Source: Salisapilia sapeloensis CBS 127946 (lineage: Eukaryota; Protista; Oomycota). Taken from it: 64,000 bases of DNA. The notes beneath the pieces are model-generated. The model saw nothing but the letters and a program-made list of their open reading frames with translations. It was not told the origin of the DNA and searched no databases. This document shows, in pieces, positions 46,350-58,652 of this stretch; position 1 is the first letter of the stretch, and each line of letters starts with the position of its first letter. The position numbers were made by a program, and so were the translations under genes. Location of the stretch: the NCBI GenBank assembly GCA_023334545.1, contig JAADVB010000030.1, positions 46,714-110,713 on the forward strand, written 5' to 3'.

Positions 46350-49300
46350 CTAGCTGCAGTACAAGTCCGCGACAACATGGTGGACCTTAGGGGCACTCGA
46401 CTTAACCTTTTCAACATGCGTACACTTGATCGTCCATGTCCGTCCATGGCGTCTTGCGTGTGTCGTCATACTCGATACGAGATGCTCCGTCCATTGCTCG
46501 CGTTCGTCCACAGGCACATTCGCATGGATGTGCATCCATCCGCCACGAGGTTTTAGCGTCTGGACAGCCAACTCCCACGCTTTCTCACTCGACGGCAGCA
46601 TCTCGAGCAAGACACGATCCGCCAACTGTCCAAGCGCTGGCACTGTCTCCTGGTTATCTCCAAGATGGATCTGACATCGATCCGAGACATGGTTCCGGTC
46701 GAGGTTGAAGCGTAGAGCGTCTGACGACTCTGGATTCCACTCGCACGCGTGGACGAACGCCGCTTCGCCATGGATGATGAATGGGAGGGTATAATATCCG
46801 ATGCCACTGAACAAGTCGACGATCGTCTCGCCCTTGCAGTCTAGGGCTCCCATCCGTAGTTTCTCGGACGTGTTGCCAGACGAGAACATGACTTGAGTGA
46901 TATCCCATCCGTAGATAATGCCGTTCTCACGCACTTCGACCCATCCTGGTTTCTGCTTACAACGTGCAGACGGAAGTGCCTTGTGGTTTACATACAGCAG
47001 TTCGACTCGACTTAGACGCTTGTCATTTGGATCCATGAAAGCTTTTCGGGCGACACGCGAGAAGGGAGGACTGACGGAAGCGCATACTTGAGCCCACATC
47101 TTCTGGTCAAAGGCTTTCCATTCCTTTTCAAGGAAAGCGTCTCGAGGGACCATGAGGAAGTCTCCGACGAACTCGTACTTGTCTGGGATCTTATTCTGCA
47201 CTGGCACTGGGACGCGGTGCTTTGTCGCGAATAACAAAATGATGCTGCGTACGATTTCGTTCCGGTTTAAACCGCTTGCTTTCGTGCGTTTGTTCGAAGA
47301 CTTGTCGTCGTCTGGTATGAGCGTTAGGTGTGCAAGTTCCTCATGCTCGTCCTGCGCATTGCTTATATCGGCTGTGACAGGAATGAGGAAGACAGTGCCA
47401 GTGCCTCCGCTAGGTAGTGGCATGTTGGCAGCAATGTTCACGCGACGTGAAGAGTCGTAGACTTGACACCTTTCCAGCAGCGATTTCACTTGTTTTACTT
47501 CATGCTTCTCTGCAAGCGCAGCCATGGGTCTCTTCTCAAGGTTGGTTGTGCTTAGGAGAGCACGGTCTTTCCTAGAGGGCCGACTAGATTTCTTCGAAGA
47601 AGGAGGACGTTCGATCGCATCTAAAGCGCCTGGAGCGATGGAAAGATTGCAGACAAAGGCAGAGGAGTAAAAGTGGTCAAAGCCAAAGTACTGGAAGCCA
47701 CCGCCGAGCAAGTAGGCGCATTCGTTCTGAGGCATCCACGTGCATGTGTGGTAAGCAAAGGCAGCGTTCGGGTGGTTGACTTCTCCGAGTGATATCCATT
47801 CCATCTTGGCTGTATTGAGGATAAAAAGTTTCTGTGTCTCGTTCTCTCCACTCACAAGTGATGCAGGTGTCATGCCACCAGCTACGAGGACGTGTGTCTC
47901 GGACATAGCACATGCTTGTGCTGCAATAAGTCCAGCCGCAGGTCCATCGAGTGGATTTTGGATCGTTCGTTGGTTCCACTCTTCCTTGACAGTATCGAAC
48001 ACGAGGCAAGTGGCTCGACGTCGTTCTGCTTTAAGCTTTTCGTCCTCATCTACTTCATCTGCAGCACGAGAGGAGGACATACCGCCCCAGAAGAGCAGTT
48101 TGGTCTTCTCGATGACGACGCCAATGTGGTCAAAGCGAGGGTAGTCGACCGTGTTATCAATGACTTCCCACGCCAGCTCGTTTCGTGTCATGTCCAGAGC
48201 ATACAAGTCGCCAAAGACAGTCGTCGAGTCACGACCGCCAAAGACGTACATGGTGCTTCCGACCACACACGTCGTGTGTTTCCATCGAGGAGACGGAACG
48301 TCGCCGCGAGCTTCCAGCGCCTTCCACTTCTTCGTCACGGGATTGAAGGAAAAGAGGTCGTCGAACGGTTTCGTCGGCGCTGCTCGACCGCCAAAGATGA
48401 TCATCAGGTCGTTCACGACGACGGCCGAGTGCTGCATACGAGCACGTGGTCCAGACTCGGTTTCTTCCGAGTTGGACCGATGCGCCACTTGCAGCGTATC
48501 GTCTGTGCTGACCGACAGCACCGTCAGGTCAGCTGCACGCTCAGTACTGCCGGAAGACGTCGGTTTCTGTCCACCAAAGACGATGATCTCGTTTTTAATA
48601 CGAACACTCGAGTGTCCGATACGCTGGATCGGTTCCTCCTGGAGCTCTCGGATGTCTGCAATCTTGAACGGCTCCTTTTCTGTCGCGGTGCTACGGTCGC
48701 CTCCACTGCTTTGACTATCACTGCGCTCGCTACTGGTTTCAGCACGCGAGACGCCAAAGCGACGAGCAAAGTCGACGAGCATCTGCTCGGCTCGATAGGC
48801 GTTCGCGTGGAACTTGTCGTTGGTAACGTCGATGATAAAGCGGAGGTAGCTCTCGTCCACGTAGAGCGTGCGCGTATCACATCCGAGCGGGATTTCCATG
48901 GCGTTAGCCGACGTCCGGATGGCACACATGACCTTGTTGTTGCCAACGACGATGCCGGACTCGCGAAAGCCGCAGCCAAAGCCCCATTGGAGCAGTCTCT
49001 GCGCTGCTTCGATGTCTCGACACAAGATGTGCATCGTCAGTGGTTCATGTTTCAGCACCATCTAGGCATTATAAGTATAGGTATAGTACATAAAAGTAGG
49101 AGAAGTGTACCATGCCGGAGGGTGCGTCCAGTGCATGTGGTGACTGGAGTGAGTCGAGGAACTGGTCGAATGTAATCGGGCCATGTTCTGCTAATATCCA
49201 CTTCCCACCAATGTTGGTAGCATTCGAGTCCGTGCTTTTTGGAGTTGAAGGGCCTGGCGCTGGCGTCGTCGAACCAGCAGCCTTATCGGCACAGCTAGCC

Positions 49301-49485
49301 GACGGTGGTGCAGTCATCCCACAGAAGACAGCGATCCGTCCAGAGCACGAGCTATTGACGACATAGTCTTCATGTGCATTGACAAGTTCCACCAGATCGA
49401 CGATATCAGCATCAACCGCCACCTTTCTGTCCGTGGACCCACGTACTCTTCGCAAAGCTTCTCGCTTGAGCTGGTCGAAGAGCAT
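46350..49485 (-). CDS. TYW3: Wybutosine-synthesis fusion TYW3-Kelch-TYW2, 2 exons (49485-49111, 49061-46350)
   Basis: TYW3 NSSCSGRIAVF and KHEPLTMH..GFRESG; Kelch repeats (IFGG, VFGG, FWGG); Met-10-like TYW2 with ENGIIYGWDITQVMFSSGN, VDLFSGIGYY and GGWMHIH. Confidence 0.92.
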
Positions 49486-49648
49486 CTCGCGATGCGCTGG
49501 ACGTTCGTTCCCGAGTGGCGTGACCAATGTCGATGCGTAGGTTATAAATACATTCACTTTTACGAGACGATTGACTAGGAAAGACGTATGAAACGTGCGG
49601 TTTTTATGGGCAGCATTAGGAAACCTTTTAACAGCGTAGCCAGTCGGG

Positions 49649-52600
49649 ATGGAGATACTGGATCGAGTGACTCGGTCGAAGGATGACGAGGTTTGTAGGC
49701 AAGTATATTCACATCGGGTGATAAAGACACTCCAGGCACTAGCGTATGCATTGCCTGTCGAGGTATTCAATAAATATAAGAAAGAACTTGTTGGATCGAG
49801 TCGAGAAGTGCGTGGGAATACGGAGTCACAATGGACTACGCTCACGACGCACATGCTGATGATCGTCAGCAATTCGATTGCTTCTGATCGACCGTCGGAT
49901 CGTCCATCTGCATTCGACCAGCTATGTGCGTCATATTACCATGAAAAGTTCCGAAAGACGAATCCGACGGTCTTCTCCACGACCTGCTTGCCCACGAATC
50001 CTACGGTGCATATCGACCTGGATGTACGTTGGGATCCGACGTATCTACAGGAGTACGCTGCTAGGGTATTTGTTGCACTCCATCTTCTGTACGAAGACAC
50101 CAAGCTTTCTATTAGCGCGACAGGACTGCGAGATGAGTTGGGCAGACTCCTTCGGGGCATGGCTGATCAATTAGGGATGGAGGACTACGTGCTGTACTAT
50201 GATGCAGACCAAGCAAATTGTAGTAGTGATGGAACGACAGTAGGTCATCAAGGCGAGATTGCAGACCAAGTACAAGATCTGACGCAGCATCAGATCCCAG
50301 ACATTCTCAAGTGGATACGCAGGCAGATGCACAAAGCAAACACTGCTTCGTCTTACTATACCACCTTGGACGTACAGTCAAGCGTAGAGAAAAGCGAGTC
50401 ATTCTTATCTGTGACGAGCACTGTACTCCACGTTTTCTCCCTCCTCTTCCCACTACAGCCCTGTGGCCAACAGGAGCAGCTACAGAATACATTGCAGGCA
50501 ATCTACCTCCTTACAGACAATGCGATCTTAAGACTAGAAGACATACCTTTTGGCGTCCGTCTTCCGATTGTCGAGGCCATTCGGACGTTTCGAGAGAACC
50601 CTCCAGTCTCCATTTCGAACAAGATATGTCGGTTCGTATGCAGAGAAGATTTACTAGGAGAGCTTCCACTATCTCTTGGTTCTATTCATTCTACTTCTAC
50701 CATAGCTTCTAGTCCGTCTGTCGAGACGCAGAGTATCCCAGCGCCAGACATGGAGACTGGAGAGGACGGACTAGCCCACGTAACACTCCAGTCGCAGACA
50801 CTCTTCCCGTCCGATCAGCGCATGAAGGAAGTAGCGCGTCTACTTCGCTCCAATCGTCCGCTGTGTCTAAAGCTACAAAAGACGCCGGACGTATCTGACC
50901 AGCAGTTTGTAAAAGACCAGCAAGAACGTCTTTTGCTTTTATGCAGTCGCTCCATCTCCTTGTCTGTGGCAAGAGGGATGGTGACGATGGGTAGTCTAGA
51001 CGTTCAGCAAAGTGGGAACCAATTGCCACGGATTAAAATGCCTCCTCTACCTCTACAAGGTCGGACGCCACCGACGAACGCGATCGTGTCATTGGACGTA
51101 TCGGATAGTGATGAAGACCACATGTGCTGGCCGCAGTTCCATAACGGATGTGCCACTGGTCTTCGACTGCCAGGAGGTGATCTTGATGGGATGGTGAATC
51201 GTCATTGGATCAAGTACCACTTCCCACGCGCTTCTGGCGTGTCGACAAAGTCGTCGAGGGAAGCTCAGGCAGCACATGCAGGATTCCTCTTGGCACTCGG
51301 ACTACGTGGGCATCTGCATAGTTTATCGATGCGAGATGCGTATACGTACGTGGCTGGTGGGAACGAGTATTTGATTATTGGAGTACTGCTCGGCATGGCG
51401 TCGACGGCAGGGCAGTATAGGGAGAAGTCTCTATCAGCCGCGCGTGATGCGATTGAAGACGAGTCGGATGAACCACCGATGCATCGTATGGAAGAAGAGA
51501 GTCGCGGTCATCGGAACAGTCGAGAGGCCGATTGGAAAAGCAATCGACGACAAAGCACTTCTCGTCGAAGGAGTATGAACCCACGAGACAGCTTTGCACC
51601 ATCAGAAGCACCGACGAATCAATCGTCTCATGAGCGAGAAGACTCTTTCGTAGTCGGAACTTCATTTGAGTATGCCTTCGAACGTTCGGTATCCAAGCTC
51701 TTGTGTCTCTACGTTCCTTCTTTACGTCCTCCAGCGACAGCTAGCGACAGTATATCTCCCACGGCACAAGTGGCAGCTCTAGTTGGTCTCGGCATTTTGT
51801 TTAAAAAGTCCGGCCATCGCCTCACGACGGAACTGTTGCTACGTGAGATCACTCGATCTCCAGCGTCTGCCCAGTTCGGCAAGGCAAGTATGACGGCAGA
51901 CCAGTCGGCTGCTTCCTTTGATATGATTGAGGCGTATAGTCTAGCAGCAGGTGCATCTCTCGGTCTCGTGTTGCTAGGTAGAGGAAATCGAGACGGTGGA
52001 GATCCATCGCTGTCGGATTTGGCGCTGGAAATGACGCTACACTCGTACATTCAAGGCGGTGTGCAGCAGCAGGATGTGCAGTCGAGTGGTAGTTGTCTCT
52101 ATCGCAGTCGTGCGTGGACACCAGTGAGCACCGACCTGCACTTGCCACGTCCGTCAGCCGAGAGCTTTGGAAGCGGGAAGCGATTTGGGGGTAACTGGAC
52201 GTCTAATACGAAGCCTCGACGAGAGAGTGCGATGGAACATATTAACACGAGCGTGACAGCGCCAGGGAGCATCTTGGCGCTCTCGTTCATGTACATGCAA
52301 AGCGGGAGTGAGTCGGTGGCGGCGACCTTGGCGTTACCAGACAATTTGCTATCGCTGGATGCTATCCGTCCTGATGTTTTGATGCTGCGCATGGTTGGTA
52401 AGAACCTTGTTCTGTGGCACAATGTGAAGCCGACGATGGAGTGGGTAACGGAGGAGATTCCGTCGGGTCTTGGTGCTGCATTCCAAGCGCTTGATCAGCG
52501 TGACGATACTAGTGCGACTACATCACGACCGATGGCTTCTTCGAACGTAGATAAGAGTGTAGTTTGCAACAGCTATTACCATGCCGTGGCTGGCGGTTGT

Positions 52601-54076
52601 CTTAGCATTGGTCTTCGCTTTGCTGGGACGGGAGATACTAATGCACGAGAGACAATCACCCGCTTTCTATTAGATTTCAGACAGATGAGGCTGCAGAGTG
52701 CGAACAATGGTCGGTTGGAACCTAGTCGAGAGACTGTTGAGAGATGTCTTGGAGCCTGTGCACAAGCGTTGGCACTCGTGGACTGTGGAAAAGGACGAGT
52801 GGAAACGCTGACAGTCCTACGCTCACTCAACCTTCGCCAACGAGCCGACTCTCAGGTCACGTTTGGCAATCACATGGCACTGAGCATAGCGCTCGGCTTG
52901 CTCTTTGTCGGCGGAGGTCGAGGGACCATATCGAGAACGAAAGAGGCGCTGGCGATGCTGTTGATCTCTCTTTATCCGCTGTGGCCACTTGACACTGCAG
53001 ACAACAAGTACCATCTTCAGGCTCTACGGCACTTGTATGTGTTTGCAGTTGACACCTCCCGATTTGTCGAGACGATTGAAGTCGGGTCTGGCAAAAGTGT
53101 CTCGTCCGTCTTGCAGGTCGAACTACGAGAGAGTGAACGACAAGAGACTGGGACAGAATATCGGATGATAAGAACACCAGGGACACTACCGGAACTAAGT
53201 GCTATCAAGCGCATTCGAGTGGAAAGCGACGAGTACTATCCTGTGGAAATTGTCATGAACGTTTCTACTTTGAATCATGCTGATATACGTGATGGATCAG
53301 CTAATACCTCTCGCATTCGATTGTTGTGCGAAAGAAACAAGATCTTGCTCAAAGCACGTAAACCTCATGTGGGTCAATTGTCATCTGCATCCTCTAGCGT
53401 TGGGCAAGAGGAGCAGCTTCGACAGTTTAAAAAGCACTTTGAGCTTTTGAAGCAAGACGGAAATGGTGATACCGTGAGTAAGTGGTGGAATGGACATTGC
53501 AGACGTATCGTAGCGATCGCGGAGGCTTCTCAGCTACCGCTGTTATTCCCGGTGCTGGTGGATGCTGCACAAGCGCTCTTCCGGCTGACGCATCTTCCGA
53601 TCCGGACTGCTATGGATGTATGGCACCTACAACTCTTCTGCGACTATTATCTCGACGTTTACCGATCGAGACAAGGAGATGGGATGACCAGATCTAGAGA
53701 TTTGAGTATGGAACTGGAGTTAGGTCGAGTTTTTAGGAATGGGCTGAACGCAGCGTTGCAATCAACGTGGAGATCTCAAGGAGTCGAAGTGCCGTCCATG
53801 GTTGTTGCTCAAGCCCAGCTCTCGTCTGTCGCTCGGACGAAAGGCCTGCTTTATCTATTAGTTCGATACTATGCTCCAGTCGAAAGCTACGACGCTCCAC
53901 TTTTGACGAATACCTCGTGGCTATCTCGCCTGGAGACTACAGTCAGTGAATGCATGCAGTCGAAGGATCAAGGCAGTACATTCGAAGTGGAGCGATTCAT
54001 CAAAGACGACAACGTTTCAAGACAAGTCAAGCAGACGTGGCTTCAAGTCGCTACCTTTATGTTATACGCAAGCTAA
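49649..54076 (+). CDS. ANAPC1: Anaphase-promoting complex subunit 1, apparently lacking the N-terminal WD40 region
   Basis: DQRMKEVARLLRS, WPQFHNGCATGL, HAGFLLALGLRGHL, GHRLTTELLLREI, YSLAAGASLGLVLLG, TAPGSILAL, GNHMALSIALGLLFVGGG, NKYHLQALRHLYV. Confidence 0.93.
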   Translation: MEILDRVTRSKDDEVCRQVYSHRVIKTLQALAYALPVEVFNKYKKELVGSSREVRGNTESQWTTLTTHMLMIVSNSIASDRPSDRPSAFDQLCASYYHEKFRKTNPTVFSTTCLPTNPTVHIDLDVRWDPTYLQEYAARVFVALHLLYEDTKLSISATGLRDELGRLLRGMADQLGMEDYVLYYDADQANCSSDGTTVGHQGEIADQVQDLTQHQIPDILKWIRRQMHKANTASSYYTTLDVQSSVEKSESFLSVTSTVLHVFSLLFPLQPCGQQEQLQNTLQAIYLLTDNAILRLEDIPFGVRLPIVEAIRTFRENPPVSISNKICRFVCREDLLGELPLSLGSIHSTSTIASSPSVETQSIPAPDMETGEDGLAHVTLQSQTLFPSDQRMKEVARLLRSNRPLCLKLQKTPDVSDQQFVKDQQERLLLLCSRSISLSVARGMVTMGSLDVQQSGNQLPRIKMPPLPLQGRTPPTNAIVSLDVSDSDEDHMCWPQFHNGCATGLRLPGGDLDGMVNRHWIKYHFPRASGVSTKSSREAQAAHAGFLLALGLRGHLHSLSMRDAYTYVAGGNEYLIIGVLLGMASTAGQYREKSLSAARDAIEDESDEPPMHRMEEESRGHRNSREADWKSNRRQSTSRRRSMNPRDSFAPSEAPTNQSSHEREDSFVVGTSFEYAFERSVSKLLCLYVPSLRPPATASDSISPTAQVAALVGLGILFKKSGHRLTTELLLREITRSPASAQFGKASMTADQSAASFDMIEAYSLAAGASLGLVLLGRGNRDGGDPSLSDLALEMTLHSYIQGGVQQQDVQSSGSCLYRSRAWTPVSTDLHLPRPSAESFGSGKRFGGNWTSNTKPRRESAMEHINTSVTAPGSILALSFMYMQSGSESVAATLALPDNLLSLDAIRPDVLMLRMVGKNLVLWHNVKPTMEWVTEEIPSGLGAAFQALDQRDDTSATTSRPMASSNVDKSVVCNSYYHAVAGGCLSIGLRFAGTGDTNARETITRFLLDFRQMRLQSANNGRLEPSRETVERCLGACAQALALVDCGKGRVETLTVLRSLNLRQRADSQVTFGNHMALSIALGLLFVGGGRGTISRTKEALAMLLISLYPLWPLDTADNKYHLQALRHLYVFAVDTSRFVETIEVGSGKSVSSVLQVELRESERQETGTEYRMIRTPGTLPELSAIKRIRVESDEYYPVEIVMNVSTLNHADIRDGSANTSRIRLLCERNKILLKARKPHVGQLSSASSSVGQEEQLRQFKKHFELLKQDGNGDTVSKWWNGHCRRIVAIAEASQLPLLFPVLVDAAQALFRLTHLPIRTAMDVWHLQLFCDYYLDVYRSRQGDGMTRSRDLSMELELGRVFRNGLNAALQSTWRSQGVEVPSMVVAQAQLSSVARTKGLLYLLVRYYAPVESYDAPLLTNTSWLSRLETTVSECMQSKDQGSTFEVERFIKDDNVSRQVKQTWLQVATFMLYAS

Positions 54077-54350
54077 TCCAACGCATTGCTTTGGCAAAGT
54101 CCATGTTTTTTATTTTCTTTTCAAACGTATTCAAATCATCCATCTTTCGTTTCAACGAAAAGATGAGTGCGTAGGTAAATCAGCACATCTCTTTCACTCT
54201 ACACGATCAAGAGCTTTCGATCGATAGCAGGAGAAAGAGTCGATGCCATTATTTTTTATGTTTTTCTGTTTCATTGCCAAAGCGTCTTTCGCATCGTTAA
54301 AGCGAGTGGAAAGTGTCAGCTGGAGTTAGAACTGGCACAAGCAACTCGCC

Positions 54351-56485
54351 TCAACTCGTTTTGGCAAAAGTGATTTTCATTTTACGCCGTTTGCGTGGCG
54401 AGGCGGCAGCTGCAGGAGCTGGCATCGGACGACTCGACAGCTTCCGGCCTTTGCTGGGGTTCGAAGGAGGCGAGACCGACGAAGCTGCCGTCGCCACTGC
54501 ACTTCGAGCAGCAGCCGCGCCATCCTCCTTGGCTTTGTTCATCGCTGTCGCGACCGTCTCTCCTTCCTTACCTGTTGCGACATCCAGCTGCCGTTTCTTG
54601 GGCGTGATCTGCTCCGCCTCACTAGCTGCTGCTGCCACGTCTGATGCTAGATTCGGGCTCTGACCCTCTTCGGTATTGCCTTGGGACGCTCCCATATCCA
54701 TGTCCGCAGCTGACTCTGGCGCAGCTTCGCTTTCCTGTGACTTCATCGGCTCATCTGTCGTCGCGGATGCGGATTGCACAGTAGACGGCGTTTCGGCCGC
54801 TTTCTCCTCCTCCTTCTTCCTGCGTAAAAAGTCTCGACGGATCGTTCGCGCGACAGGCCGTCCGCCCATGTCTTCAAAGACACACTCGGGCAAGTTCTTC
54901 CACAGCATGGGTGTAATGCGGACGTCCATGGTCGGCGTTCGCTTGACCCATCTGTACAGATCGTTGTGCTTAAAGTAGTCGACGGAGCTGTCGATGCTCA
55001 GCTCTCTCGATCTCAACTGGGCACGATCAATGTCGAATCCGACAAAGAAGCAGACGCCATACTTTTCCGACGGCTGCTCTCCGTCCTTGTTCTCTCCGTC
55101 CTGTCCGCACTCGACATTCGTGAGCGGGAACTTCTTCGGAAACGCTCGTAAGCGACAGAGAGGTGGGATGTACGCGAGGCTGTCGATGAGCTTGCGCATG
55201 CGAGACTCGCAAAAGCCTGTCCACGCCTGCTCCTCGTCCTTATTCTCCGTGTAGACGTCGACAGCCAAGTAGTGCTGGTGGACGGCGAAAAAGTCGGACG
55301 GTTCAAAGAGTTTGGACCAGTCCGTTGCACCTTTATTCATAATTTCCTGCACGACTTCCAAAGCGCGTTGAAATTCTTCTTGGAGTACAGCTAGCGTGTA
55401 CGGCGAGACGTTGTAAGATGAGTTCATGGACGGATAGGCAGGTGTGAGGATCGGCATGGACTGGTATCGATTGTTCCCGACGTTGGCGTTCCATACTTCT
55501 AGACCTAGTTTCGCGTCGTATGTTTTACAGAGCTGGATCGCATGCGGCCATTTCCATTTGGCTAAGACCATGAAGAAACGAAGAAGAAGCGTAGATGGCG
55601 CAGCAGTCGGGTAGAGCTGGTTAATGAAACAAACGAGGATACAATAGTTGACACCACCCAAGTACCCCATCTTGTTCGAGTAGATGCCACGGCGTTTCGC
55701 CCATCGACGGACGATGCGCAGGACGCTGATGAAACTGTCGCGATTCGGCGTGAGTTTGATCATGAGCTCCGTGACGCGAGGTCCATTGAGACTCTTCTCC
55801 GTCGCAGTGTCGACACCGACGAGGATCTGGTCGTCGAGAATATTCAAGTTGTCTGGAATCGTCGTGCGAGGGAGGATGGCGATCTGCAGATCGATGTTGA
55901 TCTCTTCATAGTCAAACGTCAAAAGAGGCACCACAGCGCTCTCAATCGCGACGAGGTTGGACACCTACACAGGTACGTTAGAGTGAGCTATACGATAGAT
56001 AGAGGATGCTGAATGGACATGTACCTTGGGGTGTTTCACGAAAATGTCTTTGAGCGACGAGAAAAAGTCCTCTCGAGTCACGTGGCGAGGTGCCTACAAT
56101 GCAGTTAGGACGAATGACACGAGTATATCTTTAAGCTTTAACGTACCACGCAAATTGTATCGATATCTGCACCTGGCTCATTAACACCGAGACGGTAGGA
56201 GCCAGAGACGAGAATTTGTCCGCCAGCTTCGGCCGCGACTTCTTCCGGAACGCCTTTTTCTATGCATACCTGCTTGACCCAGTGTCGAAAGGTAGCCCGT
56301 AGCTCCGCTAAGATCATGGATCGCCTCTTAATGTTGTCCGACGACTCGGTCGGGAAGTGTTCGTCCATGTACTTTTGGAGGAGCTCGGACTGCTCCAAGT
56401 CTCGTGCTTCCGGCTCCGTCGTCCGGATGGCCTTGTACGCCTGTTCCAGGACATGCTCCGGGACTGTAAACGTCGAGCTATTCAT
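54351..56485 (-). CDS. PAP1: Canonical nuclear poly(A) polymerase, 3 exons
   Basis: GSYRLGVNEPGADIDTIC (GS...DxD), INIDLQ, SLNGPRVTE, VRRWAKRRGIYSNKMGYLGG, MPILTPAYPSMNS. Confidence 0.96.
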
Positions 56486-56725
56486 CCTGTCGCGTCCGAT
56501 GGGCGTGCGAGTCGTGCGCTCGCTTTTTGGCCGTTTGGACGGAAAGTTTTTGTGCTCTGGTATACTGAACTCCAGTCATTTGCTGGTCTCGGATTTTCCA
56601 AGTTCGAGGATGACAAACGAGGAAGACTAGTAGATGCAAGAGAACGAGGATGCAAGTAGAGATGGAGAAAGATGAGTGTATTGTGTTGCGTCTCATGGCT
56701 TTCTACCAAGGTCGTGCGGAGAGGC

Positions 56726-57358
56726 TTAGAAAATCGAGAGTTTCACTTCCATCGCGTCGTGCACTTGGAAGTTGCCTTGCGGACGTTCCTTCGGGTCTGA
56801 TATCGAGGATGGAGGATGTTAGTGGAGGTGGGTAGTGTGTGGGAGGTGGAGAGGTACCATCGAGGTAGTCGGCAAAGTCAATGTCTTCGTCTTCGCCAGT
56901 GATCGTGTCCAGACCGGCGTGGGATGATGGTAGTCCAGGCAGTCGCTAGTAAACACACAGCCTTAGTTCCGATGTGATTGATAGACTAGCTATATGCGTA
57001 TGTACCGAGTATTGCTGCATGATGAGCTTCTCCGTGCGTAGTCGCATGGCAGCAGCTTTGCCATACACTTGTTCCACAGTTGTCATCTTCATCTCCCAGT
57101 TGGACTGGCGGTACTGTCCATCCAATACAGTTCTCTCGTCAAAATACGCACGACGTACACCTCGTTTAACTATCATCCTACCGATGTCTGTAGCCTCTGG
57201 ACGTCATGAACTGGTCGAGCGTCCTGGCTGGCACTGTAGAACCCATGACGCAACGCATCCGGCGGTGCGCGTACGAGGGGAAGTGAGTTGGTGTCCTAGT
57301 ACACATGCAGGCGTAAGACTACTTGCAGAGCGCTTATAGAGACACAAGTACGCACCAT
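56726..57358 (-). CDS. POMP: Proteasome maturation factor POMP/Ump1; multi-exon (first coding exon is ATG only)
   Basis: M|DTNSLP...DALRHG...VHDVQRLQTS|YRQSNWEMKM..VYGKAAAMRLRTEKLIMQQYS|RLPGLPSSHAGLDTITGEDEDIDFADYL..HDAMEVKL. Confidence 0.9.
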
Positions 57359-57678
57359 TTTGTCGTTCTTCCTGGAGATCTTTCAAATGGTGTCTAATTT
57401 TATGTGGACTTGTACACTATTTACAAGCAATAATGACTCGACGCGACCGAGATGAGGAGGACGGGTTTAAGCGGTCTCTAGGCGTCAAGTACGACCAAGT
57501 GGCGGGTAGTCAGATTGAAGATGAACGCTTCCAACGTATGCGAGCTGTTCGAGCTCCGAATGTAGCGTCAGCAAGCAGTGTATGATACTTTATGAGTGGT
57601 AAGGAGAATGAAGGCTGAATAAGTGCGTAGCACACACCTGCGACGGATACGACAGAGTCTAATACGCAATCCGCTACG

Positions 57679-58221
57679 ATGGATGCGTTCATGCGGATGA
57701 TGACTGGGAAAGAAGAGCGGAGGATATCGGATCACATTAGCGACCCGAGTCGACCGACGTGGGAGCAGTACAAGAAGGAGAATGCAGACAAGTTAGATTT
57801 GAACGACGTAGGCGAGAAGCAGATGCGAGAGTATAGGAAGAAGCTCGATGCTGCTCGTGAAAGAGCCTTGTCTGGACGTGAAAAGAAGAAGAGCTCTCGG
57901 AAGAAGAAGCGGAGACATCGCTCGTCTTCTAGTGATGATAGCGACGACAGCACTGAGCACAAGCGGTCGTCTCGAAAGAAGCATCGTAGAAAGAAGTATG
58001 TTTAGCTGGTTATATGATGCAGGATAAAACTCATGATAATCTGTAGGAAGCACAAGAGACGTCGATCGGACTCGACTTCGGAATCAGAAGACTCGTCAGA
58101 AGACAAAAGTCACAAGCATCGTCGGAAGAGCAAATCAAAGCATAAAGACAAAGACAAGGAGTCGTCACCCGTTCGACTTTCGTCGTTCTTTAATGCAGGC
58201 TCAGACAAGGACGATGAATAG
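57679..58221 (+). CDS. FAM133-like Lys/Ser-rich protein, 2 exons
   Basis: RPTWEQYK motif and EYRKKLDAARERALSG, followed by a K/S/R/D-rich tail. Confidence 0.7.
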
Positions 58222-58652
58222 TATATTACACTTTACAGCTACCTTTTCTTTGCTGCTTGTATCCCCACGAGCTACGTACCATGAAAAGTCATTCGATCAT
58301 CGGAAGATAGATCAATATGATAGATACACTTTGAACTACTGGCATCGTTGTCTGTACCTACGCATTTATAAAGACTTTAGCTAGCAACGTAGAATAAGCT
58401 GAATACATGTGGTGTAACCAAAGGATCTATTGAGCTTGTAAGAGAACGGTGTGGACAGCTCGTGTAGGGCGAGGAGCAGACGAACATTTCGGGACGAAGT
58501 GATTGTTTCAAGTAGATGTGTCAGAACAGGATGTATAGATGCTTGGTAGATGACAATATACGTACCTCTGCTCGGATCATGATCGCGTCCGATTGAGACA
58601 CGCACGACGTCCTCACGCTCGGGTGAGACCACTTTTGCAGTTGCATGTATAG

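Noticed and set aside
47892-49175. 427-aa + strand ORF, and other long antisense or alternate-frame ORFs (5532-6236, 16226-16771, 23945-24598)
   Set aside because: Shadow ORFs of strongly supported genes in GC-rich DNA; no recognisable motifs.
46350-49485. TYW3-Kelch-TYW2 fusion as a novelty in itself
   Set aside because: The same fusion is known in plants; only the motif substitutions were kept as a finding.
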